In this document: piece after piece, positions 47,043-57,807 of the stretch | How the letters are laid out: each line of letters begins with the position of its first letter | How positions within the stretch are numbered: position 1 is the first letter of the stretch | Origin: a virus | DNA: 64,000 nt | Strand: one strand, 5' to 3' | Virus record (IMG/VR): IMGVR_UViG_2912391263_000005 | Location: 1 to 64,000 of that record | Made by a program: the position numbers and the translations under genes | Notes under the pieces: generated by a model | Told to the model about the DNA's origin: nothing | Databases searched by the model: none | The model's input: the letters and a program-made list of their open reading frames with translations, nothing else

Positions 47043-47315
47043 ATGAGTGATGGTTTTGAACAAGTATCAATAATTAAAAATCAAGTTCGGGAGATTCTTA
47101 GAAAAAAAGGCTATTTGGTAGATAGTTATTTTGAAGGAGATTACGAAACATGGGTAGGTGTCTATGCTCGTCCAGAGAATAAACCTACCTATTTAGATCC
47201 TACGACGTCAGAAGATGCCTATTTACAAAATAGGTATCGAGTAGATGGTTTTAAGCAAGACTTTGCGGAGTGGTTTGAATGGGAAATTGAAAACGGAGAA
47301 GTAAAAGAAGAATAA
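47043..47315 (+). CDS. hypothetical protein, paralog of C-terminal domain of 56235..56852
   Basis: About 85% aa identity over ...QVREIL.KKGY.VDSYFE.DY.TWVGVYARPENKPTYLDP.TSEDAYLQN.YRVD.FKQDFAEWFEWEI. Confidence 0.55.
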   Translation: MSDGFEQVSIIKNQVREILRKKGYLVDSYFEGDYETWVGVYARPENKPTYLDPTTSEDAYLQNRYRVDGFKQDFAEWFEWEIENGEVKEE

Positions 47316-47319
47316 GCGT

Positions 47320-47644
47320 ACTTGTTGTATCAAAATAAGCCAGTAGAACAACCAAACCAGTAGCTAGTAATGACAATAATACTGGGGAATCGGATCATTA
47401 TGGTGTGATTGATATTTCTCTTCCAGAAGATCTTAAGCCAGATCCTGCAACAATTGGCAACAGTGGCATGATTTTTGATTCGTTAGATGAAGCTATGTCA
47501 TATGGTTGGAAAGAAATTAAGGATGAAGGTAGTAATTGGTATGGCATGAGATTTGGTGATGGTGAAGTTGCCAATAAAGCTGGTATTCCAATTGGGAAAT
47601 GGACAGTTGATTTCCACGAAGCAGGTTCTTTTTTTGTTCTGTAA
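47320..47644 (+). pseudogene. 3-prime remnant of a LysM-protein gene (paralog of 61759..62694)
   Basis: Encodes ...ATIGNSGMIFDSLDEAMSYGWKEIKDEGSNW...KWTVDFHE versus ...AMIGNSGKVFNSEEEAMAYGWKEIKDENSKW...KWSVDFYE. 5-prime part absent. Confidence 0.5.
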
Positions 47645-47790
47645 TTATAGTGGGAGGGTAAAATCATTGATGAAATGTGTTCAGATAAGAGCGCCAGATA
47701 AAAATAGAAGAGACAGTTCACGTCGTTATCACTTTTGGTAACGGCGTTTTGTTTTATTATATAAAATTCTCAGGAAAAGGAGGAATTCTT

Positions 47791-50700
47791 GTGTATGCAA
47801 AAACGAAAATGAATTGGTTGAAAGCACTCGCATTGGTGGCCTTTTCTCAATTCTGTTTCTTGGTGGGAACTGCTCAAGCACATGCAGAAGAAACGACGGC
47901 TACACAACCTACGGTGGAAGCCATTGCCCAAGTCGCTTCTGAAGTGACAGAAGTCCAACCAGCAGAAGCCGGGGTCCCAGCTGGTGAAGCCACTGTTGAA
48001 CAGGCCCCTGTGACAGAAGCGCCAACGGTCAATTCCAAAACGACTCTCGATCAGACGATTGGGGAAACACAACACCCAGGGAATAGTCCTGTTACTTCAC
48101 AACCAGTTGAAGAAACTGCCTCAATTACAATCCCTGCTTCAGAAACGTCCACTCCAGAAGGAGAAAAAGCTGCCGAAGCAACGCCTTCTGTGAAGCCAGA
48201 GTCTTCTGAGAAACAAGCGGAAGAAAAGCAACGAATAGAAGAAACAGTGGAACAAGCAGCGGCTACTGCTGACAAAGAAGGAAAAAATGAGGAAAACGTT
48301 GAAAAAACAATCTCTTCAACCGCAGCTAGTCAAAATCAACCAACGAAATCAAACAAAGAATCTACGGCTAGTATTGAAGATCAAAAGAAAAAAGAGCAGG
48401 ACATTCCAAAAACAGGTACACCTACACTGTTAGTAACAGTACCAACCAATCGTTCGGTTCGTGTTCGCCGTACAACCAATACAGCTGTTTTAGGTGGTCG
48501 AAAAATTAATTGGGGCGAAAATATTGGTGTTACTTCTAGTCCGAATAATCCAAACTTCACTTTAAATTACATGGTTCGTTTTGAGATTAATGGACAAGTG
48601 GCGTTTTGTATTGAGCCTGGTGTCGCAGCCGCAGAAGGACAAGTTTATACAGCTACTGCTTTGGAAAACTATTTGAAAAATTCAAATGTACGGAAAAAAA
48701 CAAGCTTGATCTCTTATTTAGGATATGTCACAAACAAAGACAAATCCGATGAACAATACATTGCGGCACAATTTATGATTTGGGAAGTTTTGGGCACAAA
48801 AATCCCAATTAAAAATATCCGTATTGAATATGATCGTAGAAAAGCAGAAATTCAACGTTTGCTTAATAATTTTGATGTAAGAGCTACCTTTCATAATCAA
48901 ACACATACGGTAAAAAGTGGCGAAACGTTAAAAGTAAAAAGTGGCAATGACTTTTTACAACGTGTAAAAGACATTAAAAAGCCAAAAGGTGTCAATGTAT
49001 CTATTCATGGGAATGAAGCATGGATCACAGTCACAAAAGAAGCACCAGAAAAGGCAAAAATTCACTTCAATCAGATTGAAGCATTAGGTGCGCCATTAGC
49101 GTATCGTCGTCCAGGTGCCCAAACAATTGGTGTATTGAATCCTTTTGAACCTGGTGACTCTGTTGTCAATTTGACCATTTTGAAACAAGGAAACATTCGT
49201 GTTTTTAAAGAAGATGTGGAAACCGATGTGAAAGCACAAGGGGCAGCTTCTTTAGAAAATGCGGTGTATGGCTTGTATCAAGTAGATGGGAAAAAGATCA
49301 AAGAAATCACGTTGAAAAATATTAACGGTAAAGTACAGGCAGAAATTAAAGATCTTGATCCTGGCAAATATGTTTTAAAAGAAATTAAAGCGCCGAAAGG
49401 CTATGTACTTTCTGATGAAACAATTGAAATTGTCGTTGAACCTGGAAAAACTGTCAATGCAACCGCAAAAGATCAAGTGATCAAAGGAACCATTGATTTA
49501 GTGAAAGTTGCTAATAAAGACTTAGTCGATTCAACCAATCCAGATAATAAACCAAAATTAGCTGGTATTGAAATCTCTTTGACGTCAAAAACAACTGGTC
49601 AAGTGGTGAAAACAGTTGTCACAGACAAAGATGGTTACGCTAGCTTTGGTAAAAATACTGTTGTCTTTGATACGTACATTCTTTCTGAAACCAAAGGAAA
49701 AGAAGGGTATAAACTATTTGAACCATTCGAAGTGACAATTTCTGAACAAGGGCAAACCTTCCATTATATTTTAGAAGACAAAGTAATCGAACAACGTCTT
49801 AAAGTGGTGAAAGTGGATCAAGAAACAGGAAAAGTGATTCCACTTGCTAATACAGAATTCAAGATTTTTGATACCTTAGCCAATCGTTATGTCACAATGG
49901 AGATTCCAAATGATACAGAAACGACGGATATCTTTAAAACCAATGAAAAAGGCTTTTTCTTAACTAACGGTACACTTACTTATGGAAAAGATCGTTATCG
50001 TTTGGAAGAAATCAAAGCGCCCGTAAATTACGTTTTGAATCAAAACCCATTGGTGTTCTCGATTACCAATGATACAGAACCAATCAAAGTGATCCATTTT
50101 GCGAACCGTCAAGCACGGAAAAACGTGAAATTGTTCAAGTATGAAGAATGGAACAAGAAGAAAACACCGCTTGCTGGTGTCACCTTTACTCTGTATAACC
50201 AAGCAGGGAAAGCTCTTGGTGAATATATCACCGATCAAAATGGTGAGATTTTAGTGAAAGGTCTAGTTGCCAATAACTATTACTTTATCGAAAATACACC
50301 ATTAGAAAGTTTCCAACCAAATACAGACAAACAAGCATTCACTATTACATTCAAACAAAATGCGCCAGATGATGGCGAAACGTTATTGGTTTCTGTACGT
50401 AACTACTTGATTCCGCCAAAACTAGAAACACAAGCGTCAAATAAAGCCGATGGTGAAAAAGTGGTTGATCCATTAGAAACGATCGTCATTAAAGACAGTG
50501 TTTCTTATACCAACCTGTTTGTCGGCAAAGAATACACCATTTCAGGAGTATTGATGAACAAGGCAACGAATGTGCCAATTTTACAAGATGGCAAAGAAAT
50601 CACAAGTACCTTGGCTTTTATTGCAGACAAAGCCAATGGCACAAAAGACCTTGAATTTGTGGTTAATGCTAGTGTTCTGAAAGGTCAAACGATTGTTGTT

Positions 50701-52060
50701 TTTGAAAAACTTTTCCGTGATGGCATTGAAGTTGCAGCACATGCGGATATCAACGATGAAGCCCAAAGTGTGAAAGTGAATAATCCAACCGTTCATACCA
50801 CGGCTGTCTTTGAAGACGGATTGACAGTCGCAGACCCAACAGGATTGTTTACCTTAAACGATACCGTTGAAATTACCGAGATTCTTCCAGGAAAAGCATA
50901 CTTGGTCAAAGGGATCTTAATGGATAAAGCAACCGGTGAACCCTTGCTTGTGCATGGAAATACGGTAGAAACGAGTGTTGGCTTTATTGCCAAAGCAGAA
51001 AATGAAACGGTGATCGTACCATTTACCTTTGATTTGACAGGTTTAAATGGTCGTGAAATCGTCGTGTTTGAAAGTCTTTTTAGAAATGATGAAGAACTAG
51101 CAAACCATAAAGACATCAACGACAAAGGGAACGAACCCAAGTGTACGTACAACGGCTACACATAAACCCACTGGCTTGAAAGAGGTTAATCCATTAACGA
51201 AAGTCACCATTACAGACGCTGTGAAATACCACGATTTGGTCGTTGGAAAAACATACACAGTCAACGGTGTTCTAATGGACAAAGTAACGGAAAAACCAGT
51301 GCTAGTAGATGGAAAAGAAGTCACAAGTACCTTAACGTTTGTGGCAGAAACAACGGATGGTACAGTCAATCTAGACTTTATTCTAGACGCACGTGCGTTG
51401 CGAGGCAAAGAAGTCGTGGTCTTTGAAGATCTGTTTAGAGAAGGCGTATTATTGGCTTCTCACGCAGATATTACCGACAATGACCAAACCATCAAAATCA
51501 GTAATCCAACCATTACGACGAAAGCGACGAATAAAAATGGCGGAAAAGAGATCTTGGCCTTGCCAAATCAAACTGTGCTTGAATGGGTCAAAGTAGACGG
51601 TCTTGCGATTGGTCAAATCTATCGCTTAATTGTTCAAGGCTACTTAACACCAGACGGCACACCATTTGAAGGCACTCATGCGGAAAAAGTCTTTGCGGCC
51701 GATAAAGAAATGATGGAATTCTTATTTGAATTCTTAGTGGACGGTCGCAATCTTGCAGGAAAAGGCTTGAGTTTTGCGGAATGGCTGCAAGCGAAAACGG
51801 AAGATGAGAAAGAAACGTTTGAAGAAGTGGCGAAACACAATGTAGATCTAACAAACAAAGATCAAACGGTTCAAATTGTGGAAGCGCCAAAACCACCGCA
51901 ACCAGTGAAACCAGAACAACGGGTTAAAGCAGCTACTGTTGTACCAATGTTGCCAAAAACAGGCGAACAAACAAGTAGTATACTTATGGTTCTTGGATTA
52001 GTAGTATTAGTCATTGTTTTAGGTATAACACTTTATAAAGTACGTAAAGCCAAAGATTAG
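47791..52060 (+). pseudogene. LPXTG (LPKTG) surface protein with Cna-B/SpaA-type repeat domains, disrupted by a +1/-1 frameshift near 51125-51140
   Basis: GTG start with RBS AAAGGAGG. Signal peptide. Repeated modules (...VFE.LFR....A.H.DIND..Q.V). ORF 47749..51165 stops 11 nt before ORF 51176..52060, which continues the same repeat in another frame and ends LPKTGEQ plus a TM and KRKAKD tail. Confidence 0.65.
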
Positions 52061-52158
52061 GCATGAGGAACAAGCGGTTAGGATTTTTAACCGCTTGTTT
52101 GATTGTAATGTAGAAATATTTAGAATTTATTTTGGTTTTTAAGAGGAGGAAAAACTTT

Positions 52159-52524
52159 ATGGCAGAAAAAGCATTGCGTATGAAGAAAGAGTTTTTAGGT
52201 CAAGTATTTTTATTGGGTTCACGGGAACCTAATCCACCAAAGGAAATTAATGGTGTGTCTGGGCGATATGTTCAATTACAAGCAGAATGTTCGCGAGAAG
52301 AACAGCCTGCTTTTTTTGTTTATCTCACAGCTGAAGAGGATAAAAGATTACGATTACCAGAAAAAGAGGTGCGTATTTCATTTGAAGAAGCTTATTTTGT
52401 TTTTCGTAAAGAACGAGTGAATAGTCGTGAAACAAATGATATGGGACAAACAGAGCGTCGAACAACTGGCTATCAAGATGTTGGTGTCTTTTTAACTGGC
52501 GTAAAAATTGAGGAGGTTTTGTAA
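52159..52524 (+). CDS. hypothetical protein
   Basis: RBS AAGAGGAGG before ATG 52159. Confidence 0.45.
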   Translation: MAEKALRMKKEFLGQVFLLGSREPNPPKEINGVSGRYVQLQAECSREEQPAFFVYLTAEEDKRLRLPEKEVRISFEEAYFVFRKERVNSRETNDMGQTERRTTGYQDVGVFLTGVKIEEVL

Positions 52525-52525
52525 G

Positions 52526-52978
52526 ATGGGATTAAAATTTCCAAATAATTATGATATTACAGAAGCATTAGATGAAACTTGTTTAGGAGCCGTACGCTTT
52601 GGCGCATTAGAAGAGTCTGATCGTGTATTTGATAATGAAACAGGCGATTATACGGGAGAAATTCGATCACAGCGAGCACAATTAGTTTTTGGAAATCCAG
52701 ATGAACCAAAGATTGCACGACGAGTTAAATTTCCAGCAGATGTAGATTTGACTGGTTTTAAACGACGTGATCCTGTGAAATTAATTGATCCAGAGTATCA
52801 TGTGGTATATATTCCAGCACAAGATGGCAATCGTGAATATTCAGATTTAGTGATTTATGCGAAAGGATTAGAGAAAGTAGAAGCTCCAACAAATAATCCT
52901 AATCTGAAACAATCACAAGAAAAAGGTTTAGATCAAAAACAACCAAGTGTTGATTCTAAGGAAAAAGAGAAAAAATAA
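52526..52978 (+). CDS. hypothetical protein
   Basis: RBS GAGGAGG before ATG 52526. Confidence 0.45.
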   Translation: MGLKFPNNYDITEALDETCLGAVRFGALEESDRVFDNETGDYTGEIRSQRAQLVFGNPDEPKIARRVKFPADVDLTGFKRRDPVKLIDPEYHVVYIPAQDGNREYSDLVIYAKGLEKVEAPTNNPNLKQSQEKGLDQKQPSVDSKEKEKK

Positions 52979-52991
52979 GGTTTTTTTGAAA

Positions 52992-53020
52992 GAATAGGAA
53001 GGAGTCTTCCTATTCTTTTT
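52992..53020 (+). terminator. intrinsic terminator (11-bp perfect stem) used as group II intron insertion site
   Basis: agaataggaag-gagt-cttcctattct followed by TTTTT. Intron GTGCG starts 3 nt later. Confidence 0.75.
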
Positions 53021-53023
53021 ATC

Positions 53024-54895
53024 GTGCGCCAGGCATGGCAACTAACTAGGTGGTGAAAGTCCACTGCGAGGGGACACATCGACCAATCGCTAGAGAAACG
53101 CAAGGTGGCATCCGTGAGGATGTAGCTGAAGGAAGCGTGTATCAAACTCTTGGCTCGACGAACAGAAATCTGATACTAAGGCTCGAATAAGTGGATGAGG
53201 TTCCTATACAAACCAAAGTCCAAAAGATGTGCGTAAACTTATCGGGTAAATCAGGCGAGTAAAAGACGAAAGTTAGTTGTCTTACCCTGGGAGATCTCAC
53301 GGACGATTAAGGAGTCCCCTAATAAGAAAATCGGTCGAAAAAGGTTTATCGTGAGAAGTCAGCCGATGTCATAGTAGTGGAAATTTTCTTCCATGAAGGA
53401 CTGAACAATTTATAGTGTTTCTACACCATGAATGCACGAAAGATATATTTCTGAATGTGTTAATGATGAAAGTATGAGCGTATCTCAAAGGATAGTCAAA
53501 AGTGAAGTGTCTTTCGTTACATGAAAGGAAAAGGGAGAAGCGAGTATGGAACTTTTAGAAAAAATTTTGAGTAATCAAAACATGAACCAAGCTTACAAAC
53601 GTGTTTATCGTAATAAAGGAGCAAGCGGTGTGGATGGAATTTCAGTTGAGGAATTAAAGGCGTATCTTAGGGAACATAAAGAAGAACTTCGTTCTCAAAT
53701 CCGCCAACGTAAATACAATCCACAACCAACGTTACGAGTTGAAATTCCAAAAGGAAATGGCAAAACACGTCAATTAGGTATCCCCACAGTAGTGGATAGG
53801 GTCATCCAACAGGCGATTAGCCAAATCCTCACGACCGTTTTTGAAAAGCAATTTAGTACGTATAGTTATGGTTTTCGACCGAATCGTAGTTGTGAAATGG
53901 CGATTATCCAAACCCTAGACTTTATGAATAATGGCTATGATTGGCTAGTGGATATTGACTTAGAGCGGTTCTTTGATACTGTTCACCATGACAAGCTTAT
54001 GCGAATTGTCTCACACACGATAGAAGACGGGGATGTGATTTCTCTCATCCGCAAGTATCTAGTAAGTGGCGTCATGAAAAGTGGAAAATATGAAGACACA
54101 CCTATCGGTACCCCGCAAGGCGGTAATTTAAGTCCGCTATTGAGCAACATTATGCTAAATGAACTTGATAAAGAACTAGAATCAAGAGGACTACATTTTG
54201 TCCGCTATGCAGATGATAGTATCATTTTTGTCAAAAGCGAGAAGGCAGCACAGCGAGTGCTACAGTCTGTAACGACTTTTATCGAAAAGAAGTTAGGGCT
54301 GATCGTCAATGCAGAGAAAAGTAAAATAGGTCGTCCAAATAGCACAAAATTTTTAGGTTTCGGTTTTTACTTTGATAGTCATACAAAGAAATATCAGCCA
54401 ACGCCTCATAAGGACTTCGTTCAGAAATTTCAGCGCAAATTACGCCAATGGACTAAGAGGAACAGAAGTATTTCTCTTGATGAACGAATCATGAAACTTA
54501 AACAAGTCATTTATGGTTGGGTAAACTACTTTCGCAAAGCAAAAATGAAAGGAAAACTCAGAGAAATAGACGCAAAACTTCGGTCAAGAATCCGAGTCAT
54601 TATCTGGAAACAGTGGAAGAACGATAGAAAGAGAATTCGTTCCTTGGTTCAGTTAGGGATACCAGAAGAAGAAGCCAAAGGCTTAACGTATTGCAGAAAG
54701 AGCTATCGATTTATTGGATTATCAAAGGTAGTTCACAGAGCTCTATCAAATAAGCGACTAAAGCAAAGAGGCATTCCTTTTTCCGTAGATTATTATTTAA
54801 AAGTGCATACTGCAATATAAATTGAACCGCCGTATGCTGAACGGCTTGTGCGGTGGTGTGAGAGGGGTGCGAACCTATGCGTTCGGGCCTCTACT
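53024..54895 (+). mobile_element. group II intron, class C-like (3-prime boundary approximate)
   Basis: 5-prime GTGCGCC. RT/maturase ORF in domain IV. Domain-V-like hairpin AACCGCCGTATGC...GTGCGGTGG (CGC triad) at about 54825-54857. DVI-like hairpin follows. Inserted right after a terminator. Confidence 0.65.
53546..54820 (+). CDS. group II intron reverse transcriptase/maturase (no endonuclease domain)
   Basis: RT blocks (...GIPTVVDRVIQQA..., FRPNRSCEMA, YADD motif RYADDSIIF) and X/maturase domain. 424 aa, no C-terminal HNH. Confidence 0.85.
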   Translation: MELLEKILSNQNMNQAYKRVYRNKGASGVDGISVEELKAYLREHKEELRSQIRQRKYNPQPTLRVEIPKGNGKTRQLGIPTVVDRVIQQAISQILTTVFEKQFSTYSYGFRPNRSCEMAIIQTLDFMNNGYDWLVDIDLERFFDTVHHDKLMRIVSHTIEDGDVISLIRKYLVSGVMKSGKYEDTPIGTPQGGNLSPLLSNIMLNELDKELESRGLHFVRYADDSIIFVKSEKAAQRVLQSVTTFIEKKLGLIVNAEKSKIGRPNSTKFLGFGFYFDSHTKKYQPTPHKDFVQKFQRKLRQWTKRNRSISLDERIMKLKQVIYGWVNYFRKAKMKGKLREIDAKLRSRIRVIIWKQWKNDRKRIRSLVQLGIPEEEAKGLTYCRKSYRFIGLSKVVHRALSNKRLKQRGIPFSVDYYLKVHTAI

Positions 54896-54922
54896 CGATT
54901 AAGGTAGAAGGAAGGGGAGATT

Positions 54923-55150
54923 TTGAATTCAGATAAAACCAATCAAACACTTCGAGAGATTGTGGCTTGTTGTCAAAATATCCAACAATTGATTGAGTAT
55001 TTTGGAGACAATCCGACGATTTTTGCACAAACAAATGAGTATATGTGTGCGGTTATTGGGCAGTGTATGTTTTTAGGTGGATTATACTTTGAAGTGCAAA
55101 GAGTTAGTAATAGCTCTTTACATTTCAAAGTATTTTTTATGTGGAGGTAG
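54923..55150 (+). CDS. hypothetical protein (TTG start)
   Basis: RBS GGAAGGGGAG. Confidence 0.35.
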   Translation: MNSDKTNQTLREIVACCQNIQQLIEYFGDNPTIFAQTNEYMCAVIGQCMFLGGLYFEVQRVSNSSLHFKVFFMWR

Positions 55151-55153
55151 CCA

Positions 55154-55525
55154 ATGAGACTTTTTCAATGGGTTATTGAAACGGTAGCTGTTCAACGAAA
55201 TGGCGAAAATAAGATGCATGTGTTTCATATAACAACATTCGATAAATCTAAAAAGAATGCAATGGATATTGCCCGATTAAAGACGAAGCGATTGTTGAAG
55301 CGGAAAAACATTCCTTATTTACGAGTAACGATTTGTTGGATTCAGTTTATGAAAGTAGTGAGACGTACAAAGTACGAAGAATACAAACAGCTAGTCCGAT
55401 TGAATAAATCGAAAAAAGTCATTGCTCGTCTCCTGAATCTTCCTTTTTGGGAAGTGAATAAATTAGAACGACACTATCAAAAAGAACGACGTAGAAAATA
55501 TATACGTCAAGCCAAATTAAATTAG
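55154..55525 (+). CDS. hypothetical basic protein
   Basis: 123-aa ORF. Confidence 0.4.
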   Translation: MRLFQWVIETVAVQRNGENKMHVFHITTFDKSKKNAMDIARLKTKRLLKRKNIPYLRVTICWIQFMKVVRRTKYEEYKQLVRLNKSKKVIARLLNLPFWEVNKLERHYQKERRRKYIRQAKLN

Positions 55526-55634
55526 CATTCTTTTTGAGTCGATCATTTTGTTCAAAATAAAAGATACTTACTTCATTTATTCATAACATATAAATATAAG
55601 TTGCTAGGTCACAATCCAATAATATATATATAAT

Positions 55635-56103
55635 CCTAGCGGGAGTTAGCCTGATAAGCTACAGATAAGTACAGGTCTGTAGTGCTTCCGAATCAAAAAG
55701 GCACAGCGACACCTGGCATATGTTTAGTGCATATGTCGTCCGCTGCAGCGTCGGGAATCCAGGTCATGGAAACTCGGGAATCTGTGGGGAATGCTTACAC
55801 GGTCAACGCGCGGTAATGAGGGCGTAGTAACGGTCAGGGTAGGTGGATCGGCCAAATTCTTGTTTGGGGAAATGGAACCAGCAAGAAGATGGAGTTATTT
55901 CTACAGAATTGAGGGATCTTTTCTGAGGAAATAATCGGACAACGCGGGGCTAGTACGGTCTTTTCTAAGAATTTCTCTTAAAAAACGCGACGTCGAATGA
56001 TACGCTACCAGTGTGTCCATTTCCCCGGCTAAACAAGACTAAAAGTCAATTATTTAATAAATAGAATAAAAGGAAGGACTCTATTTTATTCTATTTACTT
56101 TTT
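55635..56103 (+). ncRNA. candidate structured ncRNA, copy B of the paralogous ORF-free element
   Basis: Homologous to 45973-46398. Terminal 12-bp hairpin aatagaataaaa/ttttattctatt (56060-56095) plus T-run, where copy A has a 6-bp version at the equivalent place. Confidence 0.45.
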
Positions 56104-56234
56104 AGGAAAGAGTGGATTATTGTTTTGAAACAAAAAAAGAACCAGTTTTTACTGATTCTTTTTAGAATAAGTAACCATTATAACAAAAGTTATAATGAAT
56201 AATACAAAATGTTTCAGTATCAGGAGGGAAGTTA

Positions 56235-56852
56235 ATGGAAGAACTTGAGCAAAAGAAAGTAATCCAACAATTAACAAAAGAAGCAGAGAATCGAACAAAT
56301 GAAATTTCGGACTTTATTGAAGAATGGGATAGAAGAACGAACAAAGCGTTAGAAATGGATAAAGAAGGAACGTTAACCATTCCTCATTTAAATGAGTTAT
56401 TTGAATTTGTTTCTTCTAAACTTGAAAAATATAAACGTGTAGAGAACCGAAGAGAACAATGCTATTCAAGGTATCGTGATCAATTAACCGAAGAACAGTT
56501 CGCAGTCTGGGAAAGATTCCGTTTTGCATTAAATAGTGTCCATATATGTCGTAAGAATTTTAATTCTTTTGTGGAACGTTTTAGTGATTACAAACCGTCT
56601 AATGTAGATAGTATTAGGAATCAAGTGCGAGAGATTCTAAAAAAGAAAGGCTATATCGTAGATAGTTATTTTGAAAGTGACTATGTGACATGGGTAGGTG
56701 TTTATGCTCGTCCAGAAAATAAACCAACCTACTTAGATCCTGCGACTTCAGAAGATGCTTATTTACAGAACAAATACCGAGTCGATGACTTTAAACAAGA
56801 TTTTGCAGAATGGTTTGAATGGGAAATTGCAAATGACATTGTTCAACCATAA
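56235..56852 (+). CDS. hypothetical protein, C-terminal domain paralogous to 47043..47315
   Basis: TATAAT at about 56193. RBS CAGGAGGG. Confidence 0.55.
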   Translation: MEELEQKKVIQQLTKEAENRTNEISDFIEEWDRRTNKALEMDKEGTLTIPHLNELFEFVSSKLEKYKRVENRREQCYSRYRDQLTEEQFAVWERFRFALNSVHICRKNFNSFVERFSDYKPSNVDSIRNQVREILKKKGYIVDSYFESDYVTWVGVYARPENKPTYLDPATSEDAYLQNKYRVDDFKQDFAEWFEWEIANDIVQP

Positions 56853-56965
56853 AAGAATGGACTGTACGAATCAAGAGGAAAACAAAAGCTTTCTTTTTGA
56901 TTGATACAATCAATTGTTGTATCAAAAATGAACCTAATTAGAAAATCCCAACTGGGCTGTTTTTG

Positions 56966-57175
56966 TTAGAAAGCAATAGTAGTTATACTTTCTATTACTT
57001 CTAACAACAGTTCGAATATTGCTTCAAGAAGAACTCTAAAAAAGAAATAACTAATAGAGTCGCCGAAAAATAGGAGTAGAAAAAAAGCTGTTCCTATTTT
57101 ATGTTTCCAAGCAAATTCGATTATCATGATTATTCGTATCATGATGTTTTGGATCACTTCAATCATTTTGTTCAC
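56966..57175 (-). CDS. small membrane protein
   Basis: 69 aa, two hydrophobic helices. Confidence 0.35.
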   Translation of the reverse strand: MNKMIEVIQNIMIRIIMIIEFAWKHKIGTAFFLLLFFGDSISYFFFRVLLEAIFELLLEVIESITTIAF

Positions 57176-57328
57176 CTCCTCGTCAATTCAAACTTTGTTT
57201 GAATATTTTGTGAAAGTTGATTAATGAAAGGTGACAAAATGAACGAAGTAATCACTGTATTATTTTAATGTCAGGACAGAAAAAAATGGTCGAAAAAACT
57301 TTGTTAATCGGTCTAAAAGAAGGGAGTA

Positions 57329-57571
57329 ATGGTGTATTTGAGTAATCGAAGTGTTTTATTTAGTGAACAGTATTTGATTGCATACATGGAAGCCACGAAT
57401 CGAAAAGAGCTCTCTTTTGATGACTGTTTATTTTTATTCAAGGAGGAAGAAGAGAGAAGGTTTTTTTATAGTCAAATGAAAGATTTTTCTTTTCTAAAAC
57501 GAATTGATCGAAAAATCGGAAAGAAAAATAAGATTTATTTTGTTTTAAAGAAAAATAAAAGAAGTGAATGA
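57329..57571 (+). CDS. hypothetical protein
   Basis: 80 aa. Confidence 0.4.
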   Translation: MVYLSNRSVLFSEQYLIAYMEATNRKELSFDDCLFLFKEEEERRFFYSQMKDFSFLKRIDRKIGKKNKIYFVLKKNKRSE

Positions 57572-57807
57572 ATGTTTTGAATTATTTTATCTATCTAAAG
57601 CAAAGGGGATTAGAAACATACTACTTTGGATAGTCAGATGAATCTGAAAAATATACATGTGCTATAGGAAGAAAAGTTGCTATGATGATTAGAATGAACA
57701 TTCATTTTTTGTTGACAAAAAGTGAGTGGCATTTGTAAAATAATTTTGTAAAGAAAATAAAAAACGGAAAGGAGAATTGCTGGTTATTGTTTATTCTTTA
57801 ACAATAG

